Below, piece by piece: positions 23,277 to 35,779 of a stretch of DNA of 64,000 nucleotides; position 1 is the stretch's first letter, and each line of letters starts with the position of its first letter. Origin of the DNA: Perkinsus chesapeaki ATCC PRA-425 (Eukaryota; Protista; Perkinsozoa); NCBI GenBank assembly GCA_013115145.1, contig JAAPAO010000132.1, positions 1-64,000 of the forward strand. Reading direction: 5' to 3'. The position numbers were made by a program, and so were the translations under genes. The notes beneath the pieces were generated by a model. The model saw only the letters and a list, made by a program, of their open reading frames with translations. It was not told where the DNA came from and searched no databases.

Positions 23277-25211
23277 ATGTCAATGCTAGACTCCGTTCCC
23301 GTAGCCCCTGGCCCTATGCATGCTAAGGAACTTGATCATCAAACCTCCACTTTCAGATGCATATCTGAGGTGCATCCAGGGTAAGTCCACATTAGGTGAA
23401 TCGAAGTGTATTGATGTGGTTTATCAGACACAGTGGCTCCAGTCTGGAATGGAGTCATGTCACCTTTAAGATTGGAGACAAGACCATTCTCAACGACTGC
23501 ACCGGATTCCTTAGACCCGGTGAGCTTACAGCCGTCCTTGGACCCTCGGGCTCCGGCAAGTCTACTTTGATGAACATCCTTGGTGGACGCCAACGCACAA
23601 AGGGACGAGGCAAATCGTTCGATGGAGCCGTCTCCTTCTGCGGCCAAGTTGACGAGCCCGTTAAGTTCCGCAGCAGAATTGCGTATGTTATGCAAGATGA
23701 CGCTCTCATCGCGACTAGCACTCCCCGAGAAATCTTGGAGTTCTCCGCCAAGCTGCGACTTGGTGCAAAGCAAAATATTGCCAGATCTGAGGTAGCGACG
23801 TAGTCGCATTGCCAAAGCATGTTGTTGTCAGATGAAAGCTCTCGTTAAAGATCTCATCGACTCCCTACGTCTGACATCTTGCTCCGAGACTCTAATCGGT
23901 AACGAGCTCATCAAAGGTGTGTCCGGCGGTGAGAGGAAACGCACGTCGGTGGGAGTGGAACTCATCACCAAGCCTGATATGATATTCCTCGACGAGCCCC
24001 TCTCTGGCCTGGATTCCTATGCTGCCTTCACCACGGTCACTGTACTCAAAGAGCTTGCTGAGACCGGTGTGCCTGTTATGATAACGGTGCATCAACCATC
24101 CAGTGAGATATATCAGTTATTTGATAACGTAATGATACTTTCCGCTGGTGAAGTGGTCTATTATGGTAAAACTGGCAGAGTTCCTGAGTTTTTCGAGAGG
24201 CATGCCGGATTGACCTGCCCGTCCAACTTCAACCCGGCTGACTTTGTGCTCTTTGCGCTGCAGACCGAGCCTCGCGATGTTATCGACAGACTGGTATTGG
24301 CGTATAAGAAGAGCTCTGAGAGGGACATCATGCCTTCTATAGATGCCGTTAGAAAAACTCACAAGGAGCTCGTGATGGAGAAGAAAGCACCTGGTCGGGC
24401 TAGCTTGGTGGCCCAATTCCGTGAACTACTGTATCGGGAAATACAAAGTACCCTGAGGAATCCTGTTGTACTGGTTATGCGGTACATGATCCTCTTAGTC
24501 CTTGGTCTTGTCTTTGGGCTTATCTTCTTTGATGTTGGTCAAAAGCAAGACCAGACCTTCTGGCTGAGTAACGCCGCTGAATTCCAAAGCTACTTTGGTG
24601 CCGTTGTTGCACTTAACATTATGGCTATGATGGGCTCAGCTCAAACTACTGTGTTGGCGTTCCCAGCTCAGCGTGGTATCTTCTTGCGCGAATATGCCGC
24701 TAATATGTATTCAGCAGTTCCCTACGTTATATCCAAGACCATTGTCGAACTGCCACTAGCATTTATGGACTCTCTTTTCCTCATGATTATTACCTACTGG
24801 TTGATGAATCTTCAAGGTAACTTCATGCTCTGGGTCCTCACATTATGGTTGATAAACCTATGTGCAGCATCTCTCGCACAAGTACTTGGTGCGGCCTGTA
24901 ATTCGGCAGCTCAGGCCATTCAAGTTCTTCCACTACTGACAGTGCCGCAGATTCTGTTCGGTGGCATTTTTACACCGGTTGATAATATTCCTGTCTGGCT
25001 CCGTTGGTTGCAATATGTATGCTTCCTGAAGTACGGAGTTAACATAACCTATCTCATTGAATTTGGTGATGACTTCGATGTTATCAATGATCAGCAAAAT
25101 GTTGATCCTGATCTACTGGGCCTTTATATTGGCGTCACATTTGCTATTTTAATTGTTATGAGAATGACTTCTATAATTATCCTTGAAAGAAAAGCTAAAT
25201 TTGTATTTTAA
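23277..25211 (+). CDS. ABCG (White-type) half transporter, NBD-TMD
   Basis: Walker A GPSGSGKST, signature VSGGERKR, LDEPLSGLDS and NPADF, followed by a six-TM ABC2 domain. Introns at 23381-23427 (47 nt) and 23792-23831 (40 nt). Confidence 0.93.
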
Positions 25212-25876
25212 ATTTAAGTATTTCTAACACTGCATTACGTATGAGGTAGGCCTCCAGGAGGCCGCCGCCGCCGTCATGTGTAGTTGATCTGATGGAGTGA
25301 GCAAAACTCCTATCTTAATGTGGTGCGCGATGATGACAATATTCACTGTTGTGTTGCAAAGTATCTACCTATGATAATATCAATCATTGGCTGTATGGTA
25401 TTGGCGCCGAGCATCACTGCGATTGCAACTACGTCTTCCACCGCGTATAGATACTTTTACATCAGTACGTTTGTTTATCGTATACCCTCAATTTGTATAA
25501 CGGCTCATGAAGTCCTAACTGTTTGTCCGCGAACTAGCTTAACAATGGGAGAGGGAGCTCGAAGCACGGAACTGAACAGCGAGGAAGATTTGATACGACC
25601 TGGTCATATCAAATTTGGGAGATTGTTCTTTCTATAAAATGAGAATCCAGAATACGGCTTCCCTTGGATTTGATACTCTACCAGATATGCTACTACGTTA
25701 ATCAATAGAAATGAAGGGGCATATAGCATGTTTGCAAGTGACGGGATGGTTCAGAACTAAGAACTGTATTAACACAACAGTCCCCATTTCACATAAACAT
25801 CAGTAAAATACATAAATCCGCACCGAGTAAGGTAATTATCGTAGTCAATTATAAGCGAAGGGAATAGTTGGTGAAA

Positions 25877-26505
25877 TCATCGCACCATACTATGGGGCAA
25901 AGCGTATTGTAGGATGGGTTCTGGTGGCATGGGCACAAGACGGTGTTGGTCCACAAGTCCTTCATACACTCCACACATTATAGCCAATAACCTCTCGCTG
26001 TGAAGGTGAGTGTGACGGGGTTGTTCCTCATCGATGCTCGCAAGTATAGCCTCCAACGCCTCAGAGCACTTAGCGTCCGAGTCGGTGAATGAGGAAGCTA
26101 TGCGTTTCTCATACACAGGGTCAGTTACATCATTAGTCATATATTCAATACCTCTCATCTTCAAACCCGTGAGCTTCGCATCTGGAGCATGAGGATCGGA
26201 TGATCTACATAAAAGCATACGCGCAGCTGGAAATGGAGCTTGGCAGGACTACACGTTGAACTCCGTATGGTTCCGGCACTCCAGCCTCCTTGTTCTTAAG
26301 AACCCTCGGAAGGAATGGAATCTCCACTTCACTGGGTTAGCGACGAGGCACACGCTTCCGCCTACCGATTTAAGGATCGGGGATCCCTGTAGAGAGACAA
26401 CTACTTGCAAACAGCTTTTCTAGGAAGTTGCTAACCTACTGGTCTCAAAACCGAGCAACGGGCAATTGCGATCATCGAAAATATGAAGGCCGGAATTACT
26501 ATCAT
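25877..26505 (-). CDS. Hypothetical secreted protein (3' end may extend further)
   Basis: Signal-like MIVIPAFIFSMIAIARCS, short GT-AG introns, and a 113-codon open stretch at 25877-26218. No recognised domain. Confidence 0.4.
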
Positions 26506-26900
26506 GATGCTGAAATAGTGAAACTGCCGGGTATGAAGGAATGGAGTTCGGATGGACCGCGCCGCTAACAGTGATATGCCAGCGGGGCGTAGTCACGAGA
26601 CAGGAAGCGCGCTCTAACTTGAACAGGTCCGCAGTTGCAGTCTCAGGGCTCCTTGCGATCCAACTGTCATACTATGCTATTATATGACTCGTTCTGGCTT
26701 AACTGTTATACCATGTTGAATGTACCCATGAAGTTAACTGTTAGACCTTCAAGGTTCGACGCCCGTACGTTAAAACATTTATCATATAAAATTGGTGTCC
26801 TATTCCCGCACTGTTGTGAGAAACACATCACCATTTCTTCTACGCATGAACAACGGCTTAACACCCGAATACACACATTACACCACATACACCGGTTGAG

Positions 26901-27554
26901 TTATCGATGGACATCACGTGGTGTCAAGTGATGGGGGTTTGGTAGTGGTTGGACGGGTCTCAAACGGTACTGTGCTGGAAGCTGCCTGTATATCCTACAA
27001 ATGTCAGTCAACAATCCCTCAACGTTGAGCCCTTGGCCCGGGGCGCGCCCTCCGATCCTCTCGCGTATTGTCCTCGCAGCATGGAAGCATTCGAGATCCG
27101 AGCTGGTGGGTTGGTCGGTTATATCCATATCATACAACGGGTCGGGAATATCATCATCATCTGGCATATAATCAGTACCATTCACCTTTATGCTTATCAG
27201 TCTCGCCTTCCAGTCCGGTGGATCCGAGGCTCTGTATAAAAAGGGGTGATACCGTTCGCAGGTGTAGAGGTTGGTAGGCTTACGATTGGAATTCCGAGCC
27301 ATTCGGGCACTCCAGTATGAGACTTCTTAATCTCCCTCTAAAGGACTCAAACGACCATCTTAAGCCATGGCCTTCGATAATGCATCCACCTCCGTGGCTG
27401 CGTGCACGGATAAGGAATCGCTAACGAGAAACAAAGCATGGGCAACATATAAGATTATCAGCTTACCGGCCTCGGGGGCCCACCCGACAATGCAATGGTG
27501 AGTATAGGAAATGTGAAGTCTAGGAGTGTTCTCATAAGAAAGTTTGGGGTTCAC
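26901..27554 (-). CDS. Hypothetical protein (exon fragments)
   Basis: A 133-aa acidic/Pro ORF preceded by a hydrophobic exon-like segment (LIILYVAHALFLVS). Model incomplete. Confidence 0.3.
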
Positions 27555-27748
27555 GTTAGTTAACTGTACAACGAACTTTCAGGAGCGGCACGATTTGCCG
27601 GGTAAATGATTCCTCACCTATACCCTTCAACGCATCATCTCATTAACAACACCACTACCAATTAATATTAATAACATCAACAGCGTAAAGCATGCTCACT
27701 CGCGGACGGAGTACTCAACTTCCTGACATACTTGGTTTGCTTGAGAGG

Positions 27749-28862
27749 CTATAGTGCCGCACATCTCATCGCGAGTACCGTGGTGAACTCGTGGAAGGTT
27801 TGGAATATGAATTCACCATGCTCCCCCGTGAGGCACATTCGAGCCCTAACAGCGATGCCCAAACAGTGAGCATTAGTTTGCGGCAGGGATGCACGTAGTC
27901 CCCTTTCTAGGAGAGGATCTCTCGAATGCCTCATAGGCTCTGATGTCACCATTTCGGCTACGGACCCGACTCTTTCTCAACTTGATGATTACCATCCTTG
28001 ACCCTGAAATGAGCTCAATGAAAATGAGCACTCGGAGGCTAGCGATTACAAACCTACAAGTCAAAGAAAACCCCGCCATCAACAGCACCAGCGCAATCTA
28101 ACATCAACTGTGAATGCCCATAAGAAATCTGTGCTTAGAGTGTGTCATTGAACCATATACTGTATTGTCCCTAGAGAAGTAGTCCATCACAGTTAAACCC
28201 CTGCAACGGCCGGCTTACCCCTCTCCCATCCAGGGTAACTCCCGGAGAGGCACCCGACATAAATGTCGGACCCTGATTGTCATCAGGCATCATTTCGAAG
28301 TCCTCTACCTCGTTTGAGGCCCCCCATGTCGAAGAGGCTGTATGGTGATGCTGAGGGATGGCTTGTTTAGCGCGCTTATCCGCAGGGCCGCCACTATTGG
28401 CATTTCATCCGAAAGGTCTCTTTTGTGACTTCACAGCTTGCAAGAAGAACACACTCAATTGCGTTACAGTTAGGTTTATTGATGAACATTACTATTCAAC
28501 AACTACCGGGATGAACAGCCCCATAGCAGCAGCGAGAGTAATGGATGAACTAGAGATTGATTACAGACTCAAAAGCGAGTGTATTATGCAACCGAATCTC
28601 CTAAGGGAGGGAGTGAGCAACTCTTTGAACCATATTTTACAACGGCTGTTGTTTGTTTGTTTGGGTGGCCTTGCCGACCGCCATAGTGGCAGTATTCGGT
28701 GTTAGCGCCACACGGAGCTAGCTCCGTAGATTTGTTGGTCCGCTGCATCCTGCCTGGCTCAGGATTCCAAATCCACCTCGTCGTCTTCCGCTCGGCCTCC
28801 TCCTTAGTGCTAGTAATGGTACAGAATAGTAAACAATCAAGTAATGATACATTTATATACAT
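27749..28862 (-). CDS. Hypothetical secreted protein (exon fragments)
   Basis: MYINVSLLDCLLFCTITS signal-like start at 28862, followed by Cys-containing exons. Downstream exons are uncertain. Confidence 0.3.
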
Positions 28863-29081
28863 ATATATTTTTTCCTTTTTTTTCAACGGCTGTTGTAGTT
28901 CTAACGAACCCTGCTATAACCTATCATTTCCGTACGGGTTCCTGTTTTTGAGAAGAGGAGATGATCCTCACGGGGCACACGGTGATTTCCAGTCTCCGGG
29001 CGAGCGATGTATTTCGTGGCGCGTGACGATAGACGACCCGGGCTGCTGGCTGCTGGCCTTTCCGGTGACTACTTAGTCGCA

Positions 29082-31521
29082 ATGCGTAAGATACTCTATA
29101 TCATCATCAGCAGCAGCTGTATAGTTATAATAGGGGCTCTAGGAGCAGGGAGTGATACAGTATGGCATCCTATCAATCATCATAGTGATGAAGAGGAACG
29201 CCAAAGGATGATGCATCAATTTGGCGGCGCACAAACATTACCTGGTTTTCCGTCACTTAAAGCCAATCCATTGTTAACTGCCGAGGAGGATAACCACCCT
29301 AAGGAGGTTGGGAGCTTGGAGCTACCGGCCCCTAGGATACCAAATGCGACACAGTATGAGAGATCGGGGGTACCTGTGTCCGAGCATAAGGGGCCTTATC
29401 ATCCAGCATTACACAGTGTACATTATAATAGTAATCATAGTGATGAGGAGATAAGGGAGGAAGGGGACAATCGACGACACAACTCCAATGGTGAAGAGGA
29501 GGAGGATGGGTTAGAGTTCCATGGCAAGACACACACTACAACGAAAATGGCAGTTGGTGAGCATAAGGCTGGAGGGAGGGAGGTGGAAGGGGATAATGAG
29601 GCAATAGGATCCAAGGGAGGTGGTGAAGTTCATGTCCATGATGATAATAGTGGAACTAGTAGAGTCGGGCCGCAACAGGGAGGAGTTACTATTGGTGGTG
29701 GCAATCAAGTGATGTCTCACGGTGATACCATAGGTAGGCTAAGTAAAGAGGAGACCAATGTTATGGGCTCAAAGGAGGAGCATGAGGAGGGGATGGAGCA
29801 TGCTGGTCATGAATGGCATCCACATAGACATCACAGGCATAAGGGACACACCAACGATAATGGGAAGGGTAAATTAGGACACGATAAAGTACCTAAGGAG
29901 TATCATCCATCATTGCATCATAAGGCTGAATCCAAAGCCACAGACTCGGACCTTCCGATGGCCCCACCAGGTAGTAACAATCTCTAAAGTGTACAGGTAG
30001 TTCAGGGTTAGGTCATCGACATGAACTGGAAATATCCGAGGTTGAAGGGGAACCTGGATACGAGGGGACCTTGGCGGAGGAACTATCGTCGTTACTAAGT
30101 CTGTGGACTGGCGGTGGTGCACGGGTAATACGGGAAGGCCGTGTATCGGTGTACACTGGGGGCTTTAGGTATCGACAGAACTACAGATGGTTAATAAGGA
30201 AGGAGGCAAATGGGTGTCTAACATGGCCAATGGCCAGTCCTCTTCTTCCTCTAGGACCAAGGCATGGCTGGCTGCCGCTGCTGAGCGGTATACTGGGGAT
30301 GTAAGGGAAGTGTGGTATTAATTAGGGAGTAGGGAACATTATCAGATAAACCACCAAGTAGAGGGGGATGTGATGCTGGGAAAGCTCATTACTTTTCTAT
30401 CCCTCAACTCCATGGGCGGCCCCAACGATCTCATAACTGGCTCCAGTGACCCCGGTCTAGGTAGTCACGCCGGACTTTATCCGATTTCCACTTCACACTG
30501 TAGGTGACCTTCGAGCCTCCGACTCAGCCTTTATATGCAATCATGTATGTTGGCAGAGGCATCCTCAAGGGTTTGCGAGGTCTAGTATAAAGGGTGTGGC
30601 ATCGTTGGCGACACAATGTGAGCTGTCTCCTATGGCCGCCATACTACTTGGGCACAAGAAGCCTGGTCTCATGAGGTGTTGCCAATCTGATCTCTATCTC
30701 CAGCAATTGTCTCTTGTAGAGCCATCGGAAAGGTATGTGATGAGGAGTGTATGGCAATAACAGTCGAAGAGAACAGCCCAGTGTCGGCCTGTGTAGAGGT
30801 CCCATGCTCACAGCGTTGTCGGGTTGAAGGTGATATCTAGCTCTCCTCATCATCTCCCCTCAGTTGTATCTTGTTGGTTTAGGTAATCGTTGTACATCGA
30901 CTCTTCAACATGACTGGTATGCTGATGGGTTGTGCTCTACTAAATGCACTCCTACTGAGGGTAAGGTATGCGGGACAAAGACAGCACCACAGCCGAAGAC
31001 AGCCTATCAAGGTAGTCAACACACTTACGACTCAAGGTGGGCAGCAGCAGCAGCCTCAGGGCCCATCACCTACCATTGCTTAGGTGCCTCTGGACTAGGA
31101 CCTGCGATCGCTGCCTTAGTCAAGAGATGCCTCCCTCACTGGTAGTGCTATTCTCTCTTCTTCTTTCCCCACATCTGCACCTCAGCCTTCCATGGGCCCA
31201 TTGACTCTTGCTGCCGACATGTACTGTATAAACTTCGACGGTGCTTGCCGGCCATCTAGAGGTGATGGTACCTGCAGTGTCAAGAAGGGCGAAGAATCTC
31301 CTACAAAGTGGGCACCTGTTATACCTACTAAGGCTTATACCATATTCAGCTCCCCTTCTGAGGAGTTCTTCACCTGTGCTGCGCCCTACTTTGAGGAGGC
31401 CTACCCTTATGGTCCCTACTACACAACAGTGGGAGGCAAGCCGATAAAGGAGGTTAAGAACATTCGGGTAGATTGGAATAATCATACGGTGGGTCTGAGA
31501 CTATGCAATAGAGGTTGTTGA
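29082..31521 (+). CDS. Secreted or signal-anchored His/Glu/Gly-rich protein, probably continuing into Cys-rich exons
   Basis: ATG at 29082 starts MRKILYIIISSSCIVIIGALGAG, then a ~300-aa His/Glu-rich exon. Downstream Cys-rich exons end ...IRVDWNNHTVGLRLCNRGC. Joining them into one gene is inference. Confidence 0.5.
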
Positions 31522-31587
31522 GGTCCAGGCTGCGATAGGTAGCCGTGGAAGCAGTCATGCACAATCATCGAGGGGCGCCTCCTGATT

Positions 31588-31675
31588 GCCTTAAAGCAAG
31601 GTTTTTAGTTGTGGATGAAGATCGAGAGCGAAAGTCCGAAAGGTCCCGGGTTCGATCCTCGGTTAGGGTACTTTT
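31588..31675 (+). pseudogene. tRNA-derived element: intact 3' half plus T4 tract, degenerate 5' half
   Basis: ...TGAAG-atcgagagcgaaag-T-CCGAA-AGGTC-CCGGG-TTCGATC-CTCGG-TTAGGGT-A-CTTTT. The T-arm is fully paired and the B box GGTTCGATCC is at 31649-31658. GCCTTAA at 31588 could pair with TTAGGGT, but the D-arm region is scrambled and contains TTTTT. Confidence 0.6.
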
Positions 31676-31699
31676 GTAGTTATCGCTCCGGCAACCGTG

Positions 31700-34600
31700 A
31701 ATGGCAGTCTAGGATATGCGCGGACCACTGGAACGATCGGACCTTGCCGTGGGAAGCCGATGATCGACCCACCAAGGGTGACTTTGATGGGCGCGTAGAG
31801 AGTGTAGGCATGCTGCTATGTTGGACGCCTTGTAACGTGGTGGGCGCAGATGTTCCTGTTCAAAGAGGATCAGAACCCCACCAGGCCAGCATCCCTCAGG
31901 GTCGTCGGTGAGGTACCTTTAATGAAGGCGGCACTTGACAGGAATAATGTTAGAAGTTGTCCATCATAGCGCCTGGAATCCTCTCTGCCCAGGTCGTGCA
32001 CTTCACCCCCGACTTCGACGACTATCAGCTCCTGCTGTGCCTCGGGCCAGCGGAGGGGTACATGTCACCTCTGGGCAGCTCTGCATTGAAGGTCATCTCC
32101 CTACCGGTAGCCTTATCCCTCCAGCCCTCCTATAGGTTCTCGGGCCATGGCGTTTGCAGTTGACTGATGATCTGAGGGAGACCGATGATGGTCTTCAGAG
32201 AGGCAAGGAGCCCGGCGATACGGTGGAGGTGCGGTGGATCTGTCCGTTGTCCTCGGCGCATGACCTCCATTGCAGTTACCTTCGCCAGGCATGCACACTC
32301 ATGGCGTGCTGGTCCCTTGAGACCATGTTAGATTTTCTGTCGCAGAATTGGCGACCTTCTTTACTGCTCGATGAGCGGTGCCCATTTACCATGTCCGAGC
32401 ACTAAAGTGCTTATCAACAACACCTTTGCTGTGGAAAGTTGGTATTGAGTTGCAGTCTAGTGGTAATGAGGAATCGTAAAACTTAGTGGTACCGCTTCAA
32501 GTGATATGCCCGTATCGAATGGTGGCGGGCATTCCCCATCGAGCACTCCACGGCCGGTGTCATCTCGTCTATCCGTATGCGTTGTTGGTGGTGGTATAGC
32601 AGGTGCAACTGCAGCCAGAGAACTTGCCAGAAAGGGCTTCCATGTTACACTATTCGAGGCGAGGTCAGAGCCGTCCCTGCTCTGATAGGGTACATCTTCT
32701 TCTCCATAGGGATCGTCTCGGAGGTCGCCTTCACTCTCCAGACCTCTGTGGGCGCGCTGTTGATGTCGGCGGTAGCTGGATCCATGGGACTAATAAGAAT
32801 CCTGTTACTGAAGTATCGCCGAGCAGCTCAGCGATTGTCACCGAGTTCTACTTTAGGCTGTTAATGCTTTTGGATTGGAGACCTACGGCGATGAGCATTC
32901 AGTGAGGATGTGGATGGACAATAACAAAGGAGAGGTTGGAGTGTGGGCAACTGTTGGTCATCACCAACTTGTAGGTGCCGCCACATATCGATGCCACAGT
33001 TGAAGATGTTTGGAACAAGTTGATGGATCTCGCACCAGTCTATGCCGATCGATCCTCTAGGCCCTCCACCCGATCTACCACTTCCACTGTAGACTCTCTC
33101 GGAGCGTAAGCACCCTCGTCGGTCTTTTAAGAGGCTCATGGTCTCTGGCCAGGTATATCTCTGAGGTGTACCGTAGTGTGGACCATCACGGCTCTGATAG
33201 CACTCCGAGGTCCAATGCATCTGGGCCACTCTCGGTAGGGAATACTGCACGGCTGCTTTCGGGAGGGGCGTTACTTAGGCTGCCAGTAGAGAGCTTCAAT
33301 CGTTGTTTGGGTCCAAGGGAAAAGGAGGTCTCAATCCACAGGAACAGGAGCTGGCCAAAGAACTAATAAATTGGCATATAACCAATATTGAGTGGGCACA
33401 CACGAGAGCCATACCGCTCTTCTCTCTCATCCTGGTCTTCTAGATACTCCGCTGCTGCCCCTGTCTGGCACCTGTCCCTCCGCCATTGGGATCAAGATGA
33501 TCCTTTGGCCCTCGATGGCCAACATGTACAGTGCTGCCGTCCTTTGCACCCACGATTTATCAATCTCTTCAGGTTATGCTAAGAGGAGGCTACCAACAAT
33601 TGGTGGAACGTATCTTGACAGACATCGACCGGCTACCGGGAGAAGTTGATGTGATCCTCAATCAGACTGTTACTAAGATCGAGTAAGACGACACCAGTCT
33701 GATCTGGAAGAGCTACTAGTCGTTGTGTGTAGATACGAACCTGACACGGATATGACACAACCGCCAGTTGGGGTATATGTTAACGGGAAGTCAACGCCTC
33801 TCAAGTTCCACTGGGTATAAATTCCATCTATTCCCTATTGATTGACATTGATAATTCAGGTTATTCTCACAGCACCATTAGGAGTCCTGAAGGCGTCCCT
33901 TGTGATGGATGACCTGCCAAGCATGGCCGAGGAACACCCTAGGCCAGAAAGCGTTATGACCAAGGTGGGTTACACCTACCGGCCAAGTCGCACTGTTAAT
34001 TTCAGTCCTCGAAAGGGCTTATCTCGTTCACACCGCCGCTGTCGGATGACAAGATAGCGGTGGTGAAACGGCTCGGCATGGGGCTACTCAATAAAGTCGT
34101 CCTGGCCTTCCCCAATAGGTTCTGGCCTCGAGGCGAGGACAACAGCAGGTAGCCTTCTTTCAACTACGCATGCATCATCCGTCGACCTTAGATACCACGG
34201 TTTCGTTTCGGGAGTGCCCGGAGAGATGTTCTGGTTCGTGGAAGTCAGCGATCCACCTCCGGACCGTGATGTGGTAATGACCGACGCCGAGCAAGATCCA
34301 GATGATACTTTTTATCTGGTCGGCTTTTTATGTGGTGAGTTCGCCATAAGGCTGGCGAAGGAAAGCGATGAGGTGAGGGAAGCAAAACGGCGTGGAAGTA
34401 TTGGTGGTTTCAGCACATAGTCGATCTGGCCCTCAACACCTTGGGACGGATGTTCGGTGAAGATACCATCCCGACATTGAAAGGATTTATTGTTACACGT
34501 TGGAACGATGTGAGCACCTTCTACTGCCTCGACTTCAACAACCATTTGCATCAGGATCCGTACTCAAGAGGCTCCTACAGCTATATTGCTACAGAGTCAT

Positions 34601-35587
34601 CAGGACTTGATTACGATGGACTTATGGCACCCGAATATGACGGTCGGTTACTTTTTGCCGGAGAGGCTACCTGCCGGTGAGAACCGCCTCTACACTCAAG
34701 CGTGAATGCGTCTTTAGGTGGTATCCCTCCACGGTGCATGGAGCTTTGCTGAGCGGGCTCAGAGAGGCCCGACGGATATGCGATCTTGTTCGAGGGGAAC
34801 CTAAGTTACCCCAGATCGGTGAGCCCTTGGCCGGATGAAGACTCGCCGCAAATGTGGTGTTGATGATGATGTCAGGTAAACTGTTCCCTGGTTCTTCGAC
34901 TATGGCTGGCATTCGCCTAGCACTGCCGGGGGACTTCGAGTTAGAAGAGGATGACCTGGCGCCAATTAACGATGTAGAGAATCAGAAGCTCCTGCAGATA
35001 CACTGCGCTCTTTGCAACCAGAAATGGCAGAGGGAAAGGTAAGAAGCCTCATTGCCTCTGTAGTTCGTATAACATTAACTCAGACCAATGGTCGGCCCAA
35101 TTTCCCCGATTAATCGGTATTTCGTCCATGTAGACTGCGCACTGCTCACACCTGAGACAGCTACTTCCTTAAAGCCACCATTAGCTCGGTAAGCCTCGCC
35201 TCATGTACCTTGCATTATTCCTCTAGGTGGTGGAACGTCGAGGCTGCTATTAAACGGGGACAGCGTCTAATATGCAGCCAGTGCAAGAAGCCGGGGGCTA
35301 CGATAAGCTGTTGTTATCTCAAAGGTAAGCGTCAACGATTTCCCATATAATGCAATTATTATTTTCATCAGGGAATACCTATTGTGATGCGGTGTATCAC
35401 TCCACGTGTGCGTTGCGGTTGTCTTGGCCGATAGAGGAGGGTCTCTGCCCAGTAGCAGGGAGACCTGGTTGGAGGTGAGCTTAGCAATCGGCTCGTGGTT
35501 GGGCATCTTTGTTGTATTAGTCGTCTTCCACCTTTTTACTGTCCGGAGCATCGTCAAGATTCGCCGAGTTTTAACAGGGTTCCCTGA
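31700..35587 (+). CDS. LSD1/KDM1-like flavin amine oxidase with a C-terminal extended PHD finger (5' end uncertain)
   Basis: VVGGGIAGATAARELA...FEAR-DRLGGR (32581), GGSWIHG, TAPLGVLK, GLLNKVVLAFP (Lys at 34093), VTRW..DPYSRGSYSY, LLFAGEAT and STVHGALLSGLREA. Then CALC...HVDCALLTPE...CSQCKKPGATISC...YHSTCA...FYCPEH. Stop at 35585-35587. Confidence 0.88.
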
Positions 35588-35779
35588 CACGTTTCTGCAT
35601 TTCCTTATTTGTGTTGAATTGACTGCTCATAAAAACTAAGTCAGTGAAGACAATTTAGAGGTTCTCGGAAATACGATATTGAAGATTATTAAAGTTTAGA
35701 CCACAAAGATATAAAGGGTAGTGACCCCATTCATAAGTACTCAACCTCCATAACCGTCCAACAGCAGCCATCTGTGTCA

